Source: Botryllus schlosseri (Eukaryota). From it: a DNA stretch of 64,000 nucleotides. The notes beneath the pieces are model-generated. The model ran no database searches, had not been told where the DNA came from, and worked only from the letters and a program-made list of their open reading frames with translations. How positions within the stretch are numbered: the stretch's first letter is position 1; the number at the start of each line of letters is the position of its first letter. Position numbers and translations under genes: made by a program. This document shows, piece after piece, positions 14,201 through 25,627 of the stretch. Location of the stretch: assembly GCA_051294905.1 (NCBI GenBank), contig CM119372.1, positions 10,666,001 to 10,730,000 of the forward strand, in the 5' to 3' direction.

Positions 14201-14393
14201 TGTCATAGTCCTTGTACCAATAAAAAATAATCGTTCTTTCACAAAGAAATCGATTAGATATGGGAAGTAGTCGATTACGATTACGATTACTTCGGAATTT
14301 TTTCGAATGTAATCGATTGCGATTACGATTACTTGAAAATGCTGTAATCATGGTAATCGATTACGATTACTAATCGCGATTATCCCATGTCTG
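11229..14393. mobile_element. 3.2-kb compound non-autonomous element with (CGATTA)n subterminal arrays and nested MITEs
   Basis: GACATGGG...CCCATGTCTG termini, imperfect TSD TCGTCCAA/TTGTCCAT, GATTAC arrays at 11260-11357 and 14250-14382; contains 11677-11928, 13206-14195 and a (GA)n run at ~12372-12395. Confidence 0.75.
13206..14195. mobile_element. hAT-type MITE (GGCCCGC subterminal motifs) with a further element at ~13554-13844
   Basis: CAGGGGTCACCAAC...GTTGGCGACCCCTG, exact TSD GTTTATGT. Confidence 0.88.
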
Positions 14394-14778
14394 TTGTCCA
14401 TCTTGTTTCACGTAGATGTGGAACTATCAAGATCGATTTTATAATAGGTCTACGTTACCGGCCGATTTGTTTAATTGTTGTTTGACTTTGACTCATCAAA
14501 TCCTATCTTATATTAATCCAAAACATTCTCTATATCAACAAATATGAATTGGTTTTCTTTTGTATTCTGTATACATCTAAATATCTACTTGCGTATGCGT
14601 TGTATTTTTGGTGTGTATTTTTATGCGTGAGAAATTCGACTCTCCACTTTGCATACTCTGTCCGAGTGTATATGGTGGACATTGTAAGTTGTACAATATA
14701 CATGTACAATATGCGTATATACATTTCTGGATATGAACAGATTAAACATGTTTCCCTCTCATGTTTTTTTGTCTAAAT

Positions 14779-15664
14779 CAGAGGTGGCCAGCCCGTGGCC
14801 CAAGAAAAGGTTTCGAGTGGCCCGCGCGGTAATTATCGAAATTAGCTATAAAAAACGGCAAAATTTGGGATGATGGTGACTAAAAAAGCAACAGTTTTTA
14901 CGCATTATCGTGGCCCGGGGCGACGAAATGGGTCATGCCCCCCAGATATTCGTAAATCTTTGTAAATGAAAATAAAGTGTAGTATCTCGCGACAGACCAT
15001 TTTTTGCACTACGAGCGATTATGTCGTCTCTACATATCTTCCTTTTAGTATAATCCTCCCGATAAATGATAAGATGCTCCTACTATATACAGAATTGAGC
15101 CTAACTGTATTCGCAATTATTTGAGAAACGAATATTCACTGTATCACCACAATCCGGTAGAATACTTCAGTCTAGTGGTGTCCAGCACGCGGGACCGGCA
15201 TTTCGGCGCCAGCCATCTCCGAGCGAGGACACACCACGATATATAAAATGTCGGAAAACATGCCACTCCGCGAGTGAACTCCCAGAATAATCGTCAAAAT
15301 GGTCGACGCGTGTTAGCCGAAACCTCTCCAGACGCCGAATACTCCTGTCATTACAATCTGAGCCCCGCAGTACACATGTTACCCGCTATACATGCAATAT
15401 ATGCAAGTCCCGATATTATTGACTGAATTCATTCGTTAACTTTGAAATATTTTCACACTTCGTGCTAATAGAACACAAATCAACACTGATTTTTCGTGCT
15501 ATTATTGTCAGCGATTTTGGCGCTAAGTAACACACGTCTTCGCGATCACAGTTACCTAATCTAGCTCGAAACAAAAGATCATCAATAGTCAATACTCAAG
15601 TGACCCGCGCAATGATTTGGAAAACCACATGTGGCCCTTTGGCCAGAAAGGTTGCCCACCCCTG
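14779..15664. mobile_element. hAT-type MITE (family of 6520-7988)
   Basis: CAGAGGTGGCCAGCC...GGTTGCCCACCCCTG; flanks GTCTAAAT/GTCTACTT. Confidence 0.8.
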
Positions 15665-15823
15665 GTCTACTTTAACTAATCAACAAATATCTTCTCTAAT
15701 TTATAACAATTCTGCAGATATTGCATATCATAGCCAATTTTTCATTATTTAACTGACGCTAGCGCCGTTATTAGGCTTAAATACATTCTCTTCGTCATAT
15801 CTACTTGTGTTCATCCATCTATG

Positions 15824-16494
15824 TCAGGGGTTCTTGAACTTTTGGATCGCGGACCCCTACAAGACAAGTTATGTGGATGGTTGCGCCTACACCTGGAAAT
15901 TTCAAAAGCCGACGACTGGGAGGTCATCGCATCAAGTTCAACTCTATTTAGGCTTTTCCATGCCTAAAACAAGATAGCTAATTACTAGACTACAGCGATG
16001 AGCGGATTTGAAATTTATATGTCCTAATCCAGTCCTAATCCTAGTCCTATCCAGAAATTTTGTATATTCCAATCCTAATCCGATATAAACTTGGAATTCC
16101 TCTGAGAAAGCCTACATCTTATGCCTATAATTATGTAAAAAGAAATAAAACGCATAATGAGTGCCAAACTACATGATGTAACTCTGGTAGGACGAAAAAA
16201 TTTGTCGACATTTGCCACAGGACATCAATCTCCCCGAAAATCGGTAAATCCAATCCTAATCCTGATCCATTAAAAAATATCAAATCCTAATCCAATCCTA
16301 ATCCGACAAAATTTCACAAATCCGGTTTTTCCAAATCCTAATTCTAATCCATGCTCATTTCTGCTGGACAAGGAAGTCTCAGTCCCACTCACGACGTCAT
16401 TCTCGAAGGATGATCTGGTTTTGTAGTTTCTTGATGACGTATTCCCCTTTCACTGACCCTTAAGAGGTCCGTGGACCCAAGTTTAAGAACCCCA
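15824..16494. mobile_element. hAT-type MITE with nested AATCC-repeat MITE (15993-16363)
   Basis: CAGGGGTTCTTGAACTT...AAGTTTAAGAACCCC termini, CGGACCC motifs. Confidence 0.75.
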
Positions 16495-17161
16495 ATCTAA
16501 ATCTTTATAAATATATCTGCACGTATCACGGGGGCATACCCACATGCTTTCTTAATTTATTATTCTCACTGCATTGATATTTCCATCTCCTGAGAGTCAA
16601 TATACTCATGTGACCCTGACGACGACACGATCGTACCGTTGATTGCTGGTACATATCAGACTCGACGAGTATAAAATATGAATCTGCCTTCGACCGCAAC
16701 CAAATTAGAATAGGAGGATTCCACTTTACACCCGGGCCAGGGTAGCTCTTCTCGGTGCTGTATCGAATAATATCACAGTGGCGTGAAGTTCTATTGCCGT
16801 GTAAGTTGGTAACCTGCGAGTCTATGTACTGTATTTGATATCTTCGTGTAATGAACAGCTGGTTAGACTTCCGCGTCCTGGTTATACTTGACCTGTTCAT
16901 GACTAGCAAGCAGGCATGTCCGATGTCCACAGAACATGATGAGTGTCTTGGGAGAAAACAATGACTATTACCGTGACCAGCAGTTGCGTCGCGCAAACGT
17001 TGTATTGATATCTTTTGGAATCGCAATGCTGCAATGTGTCAACAGGAAGCTTTCTGTTTCGTAGATCGGCTCACCTCCTTCTAGGATATGGATTGATCGG
17101 CTGTTTAGTATTAAGAGTTCGGGGTATTATGTGGGAGCGGCTTTTGTGAGGGCTACCAGAA

Positions 17162-20100
17162 ATGCCTGCTGCCGTAGTTGATTCGCGAACGGTGGGACGA
17201 ACCATCGCTTATCCTACAGAGATTAAAACAGCGCCGAAAAGGAAGCGGTGAGTGTATTACTCAGTATGTCGGGCTAACCAGGTATATGCAAACAATGTTT
17301 TTGAGATGATGGTCACTACTACGTTATTTTGGGCAGTAAAACTTTATCGACAGAGCTTTATACGGAGTAGCGTGTGGAAGAGGTTATATTCAAGCTCGCG
17401 TGATATTTTTCAATTCCTCGAAATACGCCTATACTAGTACAAATATTCGACTTTGTCACAATATCTTGATCTGTGTTCACTATCCATTAAATCTATGATA
17501 TCACAGCATCTTTAAAAACATTCGTCTTCTCCCCACGTTTTTATCCAGATCTCCCTAATTTTCCTGTGGCTACGCCTACGCCGGGGTGTCAAACATACGG
17601 CCCGCCAGACGATTTCATCCGGCCCGCGCAGTACTTCCGAGTAGATTGAAAAATTCTTATATTAAGATGTTTTGCCAGAAATGCTTTCATTAAATATGAC
17701 CTCAAGACAGCAAATGTCGAGCATGTTCAATTGTTCATTTTGATAGGCCACATTATAGCCACGTGACTACGACGTTGCGGTTTCACTCTAGCTAGAACTC
17801 AAGTCGGTGACATTGACGTCCAATTTTGAGAGGGCAAAAAGTGCACACTGACTCCAGAGTTTTATGGAAAATGGACCTAAAAGGAGCTACTCACAGAAGC
17901 GGAAATGCAAATGCGGAACGATTTATGCAGTTTACATGGAAATATATTCGTTACACAAATATATAGTTCAAGCATCTATGGTCGCACTGCTGTTTCACTT
18001 CCGAACCAATAGGTGTTTCGACTTTCTAGAATAAAACCTATATAATCCATCCATGTATTTAGAGATGTACGGATCATGGTTTTTGTGGGGTTACGGATCC
18101 AATCCTGCTTGATAAAATGACCCAATCCTGATCTTGTTTCCATCGTTCATGCTTAAATTCGTATCCTAAATAATCCTCCTCCGATCTGAACGCATCCATT
18201 GGCCCATTTGTCGATATTTTTCAAATTATACCTCGACAATGCATTGGAGTTTGTTATCAAGGATTCTTCGAATTTGTGGTGCAATGCAAAAACTAGCGGG
18301 TACAAGTTCACGCAACACATTGATGTAAACAATCAGAAATACACTTTCATAAACTAGAAATTTAGAATCCCTTCCTGATCCGGACCCGGCACTCAAGCTT
18401 AATGTGAATCCGGATCCAATCCTGTTCATGAAAAACATGCCAAATTCCTGTCCGGTTAGAATTCATAATCTTGATCTCGTACATCTCTAGAATATATGCC
18501 CAACCAAGTATTCAAGTGAAAAGCAATAGCTTGAAGTAGCATTTTGGAATCAGTTGACTATGGTCCGGCCCGCGAGCGATTTGAAGACTTGAATCCGTCC
18601 CGCGACAAAATTTGAGTTTGACACCTCTGGCCTATGCAATACTGCATAGTATTATATTATGCATTATGCATTATGCATATTAGGGCATCCGAATTGGGAT
18701 AGGGGTAAGGGAAAGGCAGGGTTTTCTTGGATTATTTTGTAATGACGCGCTATTATGACACTCGTTGTTTTGCATACAAGCCATGATATATATCTACTTG
18801 CAGCAGTTTTGGTGTGTGCTTGTAAAGCATTACTTGTGCTATACATAATTGCTATTTACTTTTGATCAATGCCGGCAACTATAGTTTGACAAATATACTG
18901 CTGCGGTGTACCAAGATAAACGCGAGTATGGCGTGTTACACATTGAATCGCTGCAGTCCGATAGTCCTATGCCAAGTATTGCCGTGCTATTCATGTCAAA
19001 TTTGCGTTCAGATGTTACTCCACATCACATGGACACCCGAACTCAAAAAAACTAAAAATTGCGGACGATTCGCTGCGTCCACAAAACTTTGGACCATTTG
19101 TAATTTACCCGCTGGAGAATATCGACGAATCTTCCAGGGGCGCATTTGTGTTGGTAGAAGGAGAGAAGCAATTGGAAACAGACAAATGCGATCCACGGAT
19201 GGCTGGAGACTCCAAGTACACAGTTCTGCGCCGTGCTTCCAATCCGCATTCGAAGGGAAATGAGCGGTGCCCGACGGAATTTCGTTATGGCAAAGTCTTT
19301 TCAAAATTATCAGTCAGGTATAATATGTGTGATATAAACCTCAGACGGCAGCGCATATCTACTGAAATACGAATCCTTTTTGTAAGTGCATGCGGACAGG
19401 ACTGAAACAGCAATTCGCCGCCCCCCTACATGTTTGTCTTATGCCCCCATAGGGTGATGGTGATAAACACAACTTCTGGGGGCTTCGCCTCCAAGACCCC
19501 CAACAGGCTGTGTATTTTTGCCGCTATTATCAGCGAGATTTGTTGTACTGTTTATTGAGGCAGATTTTTACGCGTAGACCCGCGAAGCGCGAAAATTTTC
19601 TATAATTCCTGATTGAATCGGTCAATATGACCGGGAGTTGCATATATATTGCTATAAATTTTTATCTTCTTACTGCTCACGTAATCAGATTTACCGGTAG
19701 AGCTGAGTAAGGTGTCTTGAAAAATGTAGCCGCCGTAAATAAAAAATAAACAGCTTCGGGTGGACCCGTTGAAGTAATGACTTCGTTACATGATGTTATT
19801 TCGGTTCTCCTGTCTGATATGTCAGAAGATATCAAAATCGCCCAAACGTACTAATCGAACAGACGGACACGATTTCAAATTGGTATTTCTTTACCGGCAA
19901 ATAATTTTTCCCTGCGGGATGGCATTTGTCTTGTGGGTTTCAGATTGCCAGGACAAGAACATTCGGCGCCAGCCATTTAGCGCACATGAACAATTAAACA
20001 AGAAACATATATCTATTGTATATATATGTATATATCGAAGTTTTCGGTCAGCATAAGGGCTGTTATTTTCGGCCAGAGTTTTCTCGCTGCCGATCATTCT

Positions 20101-23100
20101 GGCACAATTCTCTGAGTATCATGTTAAATGGCCTAAAACCTCATATGTCTTGGTGCGTGGTGGCACGGTAATGGCCGACGCCGAAATGCTCATTTCTATA
20201 AATTATGCGTATTTTTCTTGGGAAAGGGTATCCAATAACCGAGACAATTAGCAATATGAATTCGCGCGCAGCGCGAGAAAATTTGAAAAAGTTGCATACA
20301 TTTTCAAAAAAATTACTCTATAAATAATTTGTGTTAATTCACGACATAATTGTGGGCCCTCTTCGAGCTCGACCCCTAATGTGGGGGTTTGGGGTGCGGC
20401 AGTTACGGTCCTGCATGCGGATGCCACAGCCACATAACAAAATGGGCTTCAATCGATATTAATATCAAGGGGTAGAGGTGTAATGTAGATGATGTTCCAA
20501 ATAACTTCGAGGCCGAAATGGTGTATTAACTCATTTGAGGTGTACGCCTGCAAAACGACTGTATACCTGCACAACAAATTAATCGAAAATACTGCGTCTA
20601 GGGTTGCATTTAAAACAAATGGTGGTTTAAGACACTTTGTTTAAAGCATGTTTTAAACAGCGTTTTAAACAAATGCTTTTAAAAATACTGTTTTTTTAAA
20701 GTTGTATAATTATGCCATAATTGTGTAAATACTTTCCAAAAACATGTTGTATTAACCTACGGACGACGATTACCACCCGGTATAGCCGAAGTATACGATA
20801 TGGGATGGTTGAACCCTCGAAATAGTCTGTTCAACAGCTATAGTATACGTAGACATAGATCATTGGTACGGAATGAATGTTCTGACGATGATGACCGCCG
20901 ACCGTAAAAATGCTGCATAACGATGTAGTCCTGGTTAAAGATATTCTTGGTCCATATATGACAGGGGTTGGAAGCATATTTCGTCAAAGGAGCTATATTT
21001 ACCCTATATTTTCAATTGTGAATATCAATCCACTATGACGTCTTAATTATTACGCGTGAGGCGTGACGTCAAGGCTTAGAATAAAACAACAACAAAAAAA
21101 CAATATAAAACATGTTTTAAACAAGGGCCTTGTTCAAAACGGCGGCCGGTCAATACCTAGAATGCTATTACCGAGAAGGACAATAGTAAGGATGGACATT
21201 ACCGAGAATGGACACCACCGAGAATGGACTTGGACATTGCCGAGAATGCAATATATGCAGTTCAGGCATGTTATGCATATGAACAGGTCGTGTGTGTGCA
21301 TCACAGCGTTGCCACATTCGATATCGATTCTCAGGTATAAATTTCTCGACAACGTCCGTTACATTATGCTAGATTCTTGGCATTGGCCATTCTCGGTAAT
21401 GTCCATTCTCGGTAATGTCCGTTCTCGGTAATGTCCATTCTTGGTAATGTCCGTTCTCGGTAATGTCCACTCTCGGGTATGTCCTTTCTCGGTAATAGCA
21501 TTCTCAGTAATGTCCATCTCGGTAATAGCATTCTCGGTAATAGTATGGAACATGTTTGTTTTAAATGGATTTTTGTTTTAAACACGACCCTAACTGCCTC
21601 CCGCTAGATGTCAATAGAGAATGCCATTACGATTGAGGTAGTGACTGCATGCTATTCCTAATTGTAAAGGTTGTAAAACGCTTGTAAAGGTTGCGGTTAT
21701 TGATCAGTTTGACTTGGAAATTTATTCGTGATCGACCACAATGCCACACAGTCATTAGACAAAACAGACAACCATCAACCTAGTGTAGGATTTCCCTTCC
21801 ACAATGTGGCGCTAGCGATCAACACGCAGCTGCTATATGCTATGCAAATCCAGGCTTATTCCAAAAACATGGATATTCGAATTTTTATGTCTGACGCAGA
21901 GGTGGTCAGTAACGAAGTACTTCTACTTTTTTTGAAGTACTCAAGTAGTTTTCCTCTACTTCTGGTACTTATCCAAGTAGATATTTTTTGGCTACTTCTA
22001 CTTCTACTTCGCAATATTTTGTGAACTACTTACTTAATTTTCGCTATTTTCAGTTTGTCAAGTAGAAGTGGTTTAATCCCCAATAAGAAAGATAGCCTAA
22101 GGAATTTCGGGGCTGTTTTCACGTACTACCAACATTTAATTTTCATAAAAGTCATGTAGTAGCCTACCTGGAATTTTCGTTGCGCTTCGCGCATAGTAGA
22201 TATGGAGTGACAAATATGTTTTAACGAAAGTATCGCTGAATATAATTAGATACCGGGTTGCGTGGTTCGTTCGCACCGCGCTTATATCAAATATTTCATC
22301 ACAGTAATTATCCCCCCTAACCTTTGAAAAATACCGTTCCGCAATCTAGCAATTACCTAATATACCTAGCAGCCCATGATGTGTCGTAATTCGAAAAAGT
22401 GGAATTTGACTCTTTTTTAACGTTAGACCTGTTTCAGCAGACCACCATTGAAACTTTCTACACCAAAAACATGAAATATATTTTCCGCTTTTTAGAAGTA
22501 GTATTTGTATTTTTCTTTCAATTATAAGTTGAGTTCTAATTATAGTTTCAGTTCTTTTGCCTGGAGAACATGGATGTTGAAGTATAAAAGCAAGTGTAGT
22601 AATGCCTTTCATTTTCCGAAAATAAAGCTATACACTACATGGCATCTTTACGATCTGACATATTTTTAATTAACGTATACTAATCGCACAAAGTGTTAAA
22701 GCCGTATCCGATAAAACTTCTCCGTATTGCTCTTTGACTGGACTACGGGCCTTATAATATGGGGGAGCCCGCCATGCCGTGATATTCTCTAAAACGGGGT
22801 GTTCGAGTAAACGATGGATTAGTATCGCATTTCCATATCAATACTATCATTTACATCCCATGATGTGGACGACTGCTTATTCTGTCAAAAATTTACACCT
22901 CCTGGGATACATTATATGAATCAAGCTCTCTACACCTTCCGCACAGCTTGATTTGCAGCTTTTGACAGTCCATACGAACGAATTACGATCGTTTTCTCAA
23001 CTACTTACTTACTTGAGTAGATTTAAAGTCAGTCAATTCTACTTCTACTTCAAGTAGTTTTAGGTTGCTCATGTAAGAAGTACTTCCACTCGTACTTGAG

Positions 23101-25627
23101 TAGATTTTTCCGTCGCTACTTCTACTTCTACTTGAGTAGTTTTCTTGACTACTTTGACCACCTCTGTGTCTGACTGTATATGGCTATACATAGAATTAAA
23201 GAAGGATTTTAGTGAAATTATAGATCTTAAATGCTCTTGCCATTCTTACTTGGCATGTAAAACTCAACATTCGATTCCCCCCGAATTTCAGGGATGACTA
23301 CATTCAATATTTTCAAACCAGGGCCCTGTTTCGCATTTTAGAGCTTCGGCATCACGGACGCGTTATATAGCAAAAATTGTATATCTGGGCATAGGGTTGC
23401 ATTGAAAACGGACGGGGTTTTAAATCACTTTGTTTCAAACAAGTTTTAAACGATGTTTTAAACAAATGCCTTTTAATTTTTTTTCAGACGTTCTCTAATT
23501 ATGCCATAATTGTGTAAATACGTCCGAAAAACCATGTCGTGTGAGCCTACGGACGATTTGCGTCCAAAAAATTGACATATGCCATGTGGGGTGGCTGGAA
23601 TCCTCAAAATCTTCGTCGGTTCAACAGATTTTGCAGGTAGATGTAGATCATTGGTACGGAATGGGTGTTCTGATGATGATGACAGCCGACGGTAAAAATG
23701 CTACATAACGATGTAGTCCTGGTTAAATATATTTTTGTTCTGCTTATGACAGTGATCGGAAGCCATTTTCGTCGAAGGAGCCATATTTATTTACCCTACA
23801 TTTTCAATTGTCAATGTCAATCCACTGTGACGTCACGATTAAATATCAGTAACGTAATGGCTAAACAAAAATAAAACAATAAAAAACATGTTTTTAAATA
23901 AGGCTCCTGTTTTAAATTGATTTTTGTTTTAAATGCAACCCTATCTGGACTCCTGTTTCATACAAAAATACCCTACGCACACAAGCGGTGCTACAGAGAG
24001 CGGAAAATCCCTAATGAGTTTGTGGAAGAAGATGTTGCTATAGACCAAATTCCATTTCATCGTGCCAACAAACGTTGGCGCAAGATACAATGTATAACGA
24101 ACTACCAAATTCATGCAGTGTCATCCCATGCACGGGCTTCAGAGGCAACATTTCTCGGCTGCCACAAGTATACCGTAAACAACGTTTATGAGTTTGTTGC
24201 TAAAGATTTTCTATAGTCTTATTAGGTTAAGTATGCTCCCGCATATAAAGAAAGCAATTCCATTAATGTAGCCTGCCGACAGCAAGTCGACTAAACCACT
24301 CTCCCTTTCAACAATAGAGACAACGCTCCGGCCGAAAAAGACAAACTTCAGCCAACCGAAAAAGAAAGCCCGTCTAAAATCACTGACGACGAAAAGGCAA
24401 TCGCGCGTTCCGCGTCACAACACTCGCCGACTCAATCGAGACCAGCCGAACAATGCGAGACTGGGCGCAGGGAGGAAGCCCCAAATCAGCTTACATATTT
24501 AAATCAATTGTCCGGCAGCGCAAACGCGGACTCAGCGCAACGCAACAATAACAACACCAAAGCAAGCGACGGGTTGCAACGCGACGAACAAGTTACTCAG
24601 CACCTGACAAGCCAATCGCATAATGTACGCGCTGGGATTATTACCAGCGTATCGCTCGATACACGAACTGCTACGGACGAGGGTTTGTTACGAATCCACA
24701 AAATTCCGGAAGGAATTCACGGTGACACTGTCGGCAAAAAATCAAACACTGTAACCACATCACCTGCAAATTCATATCAGCATCAAAGAAAGCAGAGCAA
24801 CGAGCACGTAGCCTATCACAAAACGAACATGTCCACCGCACAAGTGTTGAAACTGCTGCGACAGTTCAACATGACGCTCAAAGCCGTACCCGCAGACAGC
24901 GACATCGCGAGAAGCATACGCGGCGCGACGCGCGCGAAAACTGCTGCGCCCGCGACTGATGAAGATTCACGGATACATACCAGTCACCTCAAAACGTACA
25001 GTAGGAGTACCGCGGTCGGAACGTTCCGCAAGTGGAGACTGGACGATGCGACGCAGTCGAAAACGCACAGAACCTTGCCGCTTAAATGTCGCGAAACAAC
25101 GAACTCGAACTTAACAGCACGACGATTCGGCGAGCGGGTGTCGCGCGAAAATCGCTGTCGCGCGAAAAAACGCGCCCATTCCTCAGACGATGTCATCGAC
25201 TTATCCACAGCTTTCCACGACTTGGAAAACCGGGACAAGGCGGCCAAGGAGACAATGGAAATCTTTGCTGGTTGCAGCGCAGATTTTGAGGTCGGCCACT
25301 GTTCGCCGAATTTAAACGAAGACCCTTTACTCACCTCGGCTGCCTTCACCTGCGCCACAGAAGATGATCATGGCGACAGGTTTTTGTCGCAAATACACTC
25401 CGCGGACATTGATTCCGCGCGGAGCCCTTCTGCAGCAGTTGATGTCGACAGAGACCTGTTGCAGGAAAGCCTAAAACGCGATGCGCACGTGACGGGCAGT
25501 TCTGCCCCTTTGATCAAATCAACGCAAGAGCCCCCCGAAAGCAACCGGATTAACACCACTGTCGAACACCGAATCGACCAACGCGCTATGGACATCAGTG
25601 ATGCACCGCACGACGAACAGATCAACG
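17162..25627 (+). CDS. Three putative 5' coding exons of the ETS gene (17162-17247, 19012-19317, 24318-25627); low-complexity N-terminal extension
   Basis: ATG 17162 to a GTGAGT donor (phase 2); exon 19012-19317 is open, phase 2/2; the 1310-nt exon 24318-25627 is open with a GTGAGT donor in phase 1, matching the phase-1 acceptor at 39579. No domain recognised; linkage to the ETS exons is inferred from phase only. Confidence 0.6.
17580..18629. mobile_element. hAT-type MITE with nested GGATC-motif MITE (18060-18489)
   Basis: GGGGTGTCAAAC...GTTTGACACCTCTG; inner TAGAGATGTACG...CGTACATCTCTA; the inner family recurs at ~47713-49431. Confidence 0.8.
20599..21592. mobile_element. hAT-type MITE, TAGGGTTGCATTTAAAAC family, with a nested foldback element
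   Basis: TSD ACTGCGTC/ACTGCCTC; other copies at 11677-11928, 23392-23943, 59493-59916, ~59467-60375, 63372-63848. Confidence 0.85.
21141..21550. repeat. Foldback-like element of 15-bp tandem units (GGACATTACCGAGAA) in inverted orientation
   Basis: Units at 21160-21250 are mirrored by ~10 TTCTCGGTAATGTCC units at 21390-21543. Confidence 0.8.
21897..23166. mobile_element. MITE with CAGAGGTGGTCA TIRs and TACTT/AAGTA motifs
   Basis: cagaggtggtcagta...tactttgaccacctctg. Partial or diverged copies at ~4430-4911, 5520-5621, 29270-29775, 43320-43875, 46045-46525, 49540-49990, 57836-58290. Confidence 0.85.
23392..23943. mobile_element. hAT-type MITE, TAGGGTTGCATT family
   Basis: tagggttgcattgaaaac...gttttaaatgcaacccta. 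Confidence 0.85.

Larger units (their letters stand above)
10214..14425 (+). pseudogene. Probable pseudogene of a secreted Ly6/uPAR (three-finger)-like protein
   Basis: Exon-like 10214-10306 MWLHIFLKLHVLCMCICLVYL*HITKC*SNQ (signal-peptide-like, phase 0); 10417-10561 DREERCPECMGVEMCHYPF*EYIEIQTKTCPAAFGACKATFQFEGDGC (phase 1); from 11098 GIYVGCA..., interrupted at ~11229 by a transposon and resuming at 14394 as CPSCFT*MWN. Family inferred from Cys spacing. Confidence 0.42.

Noticed and set aside
16526..17026. 166-aa minus-strand ORF
   Set aside because: No recognisable motif or splice context; it overlaps the probable 5' region of the ETS gene.
21063..21585. Repetitive ORFs or a CRISPR-like array
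   Set aside because: Contiguous 15-bp tandem units without unique spacers, in eukaryotic DNA with no cas genes.
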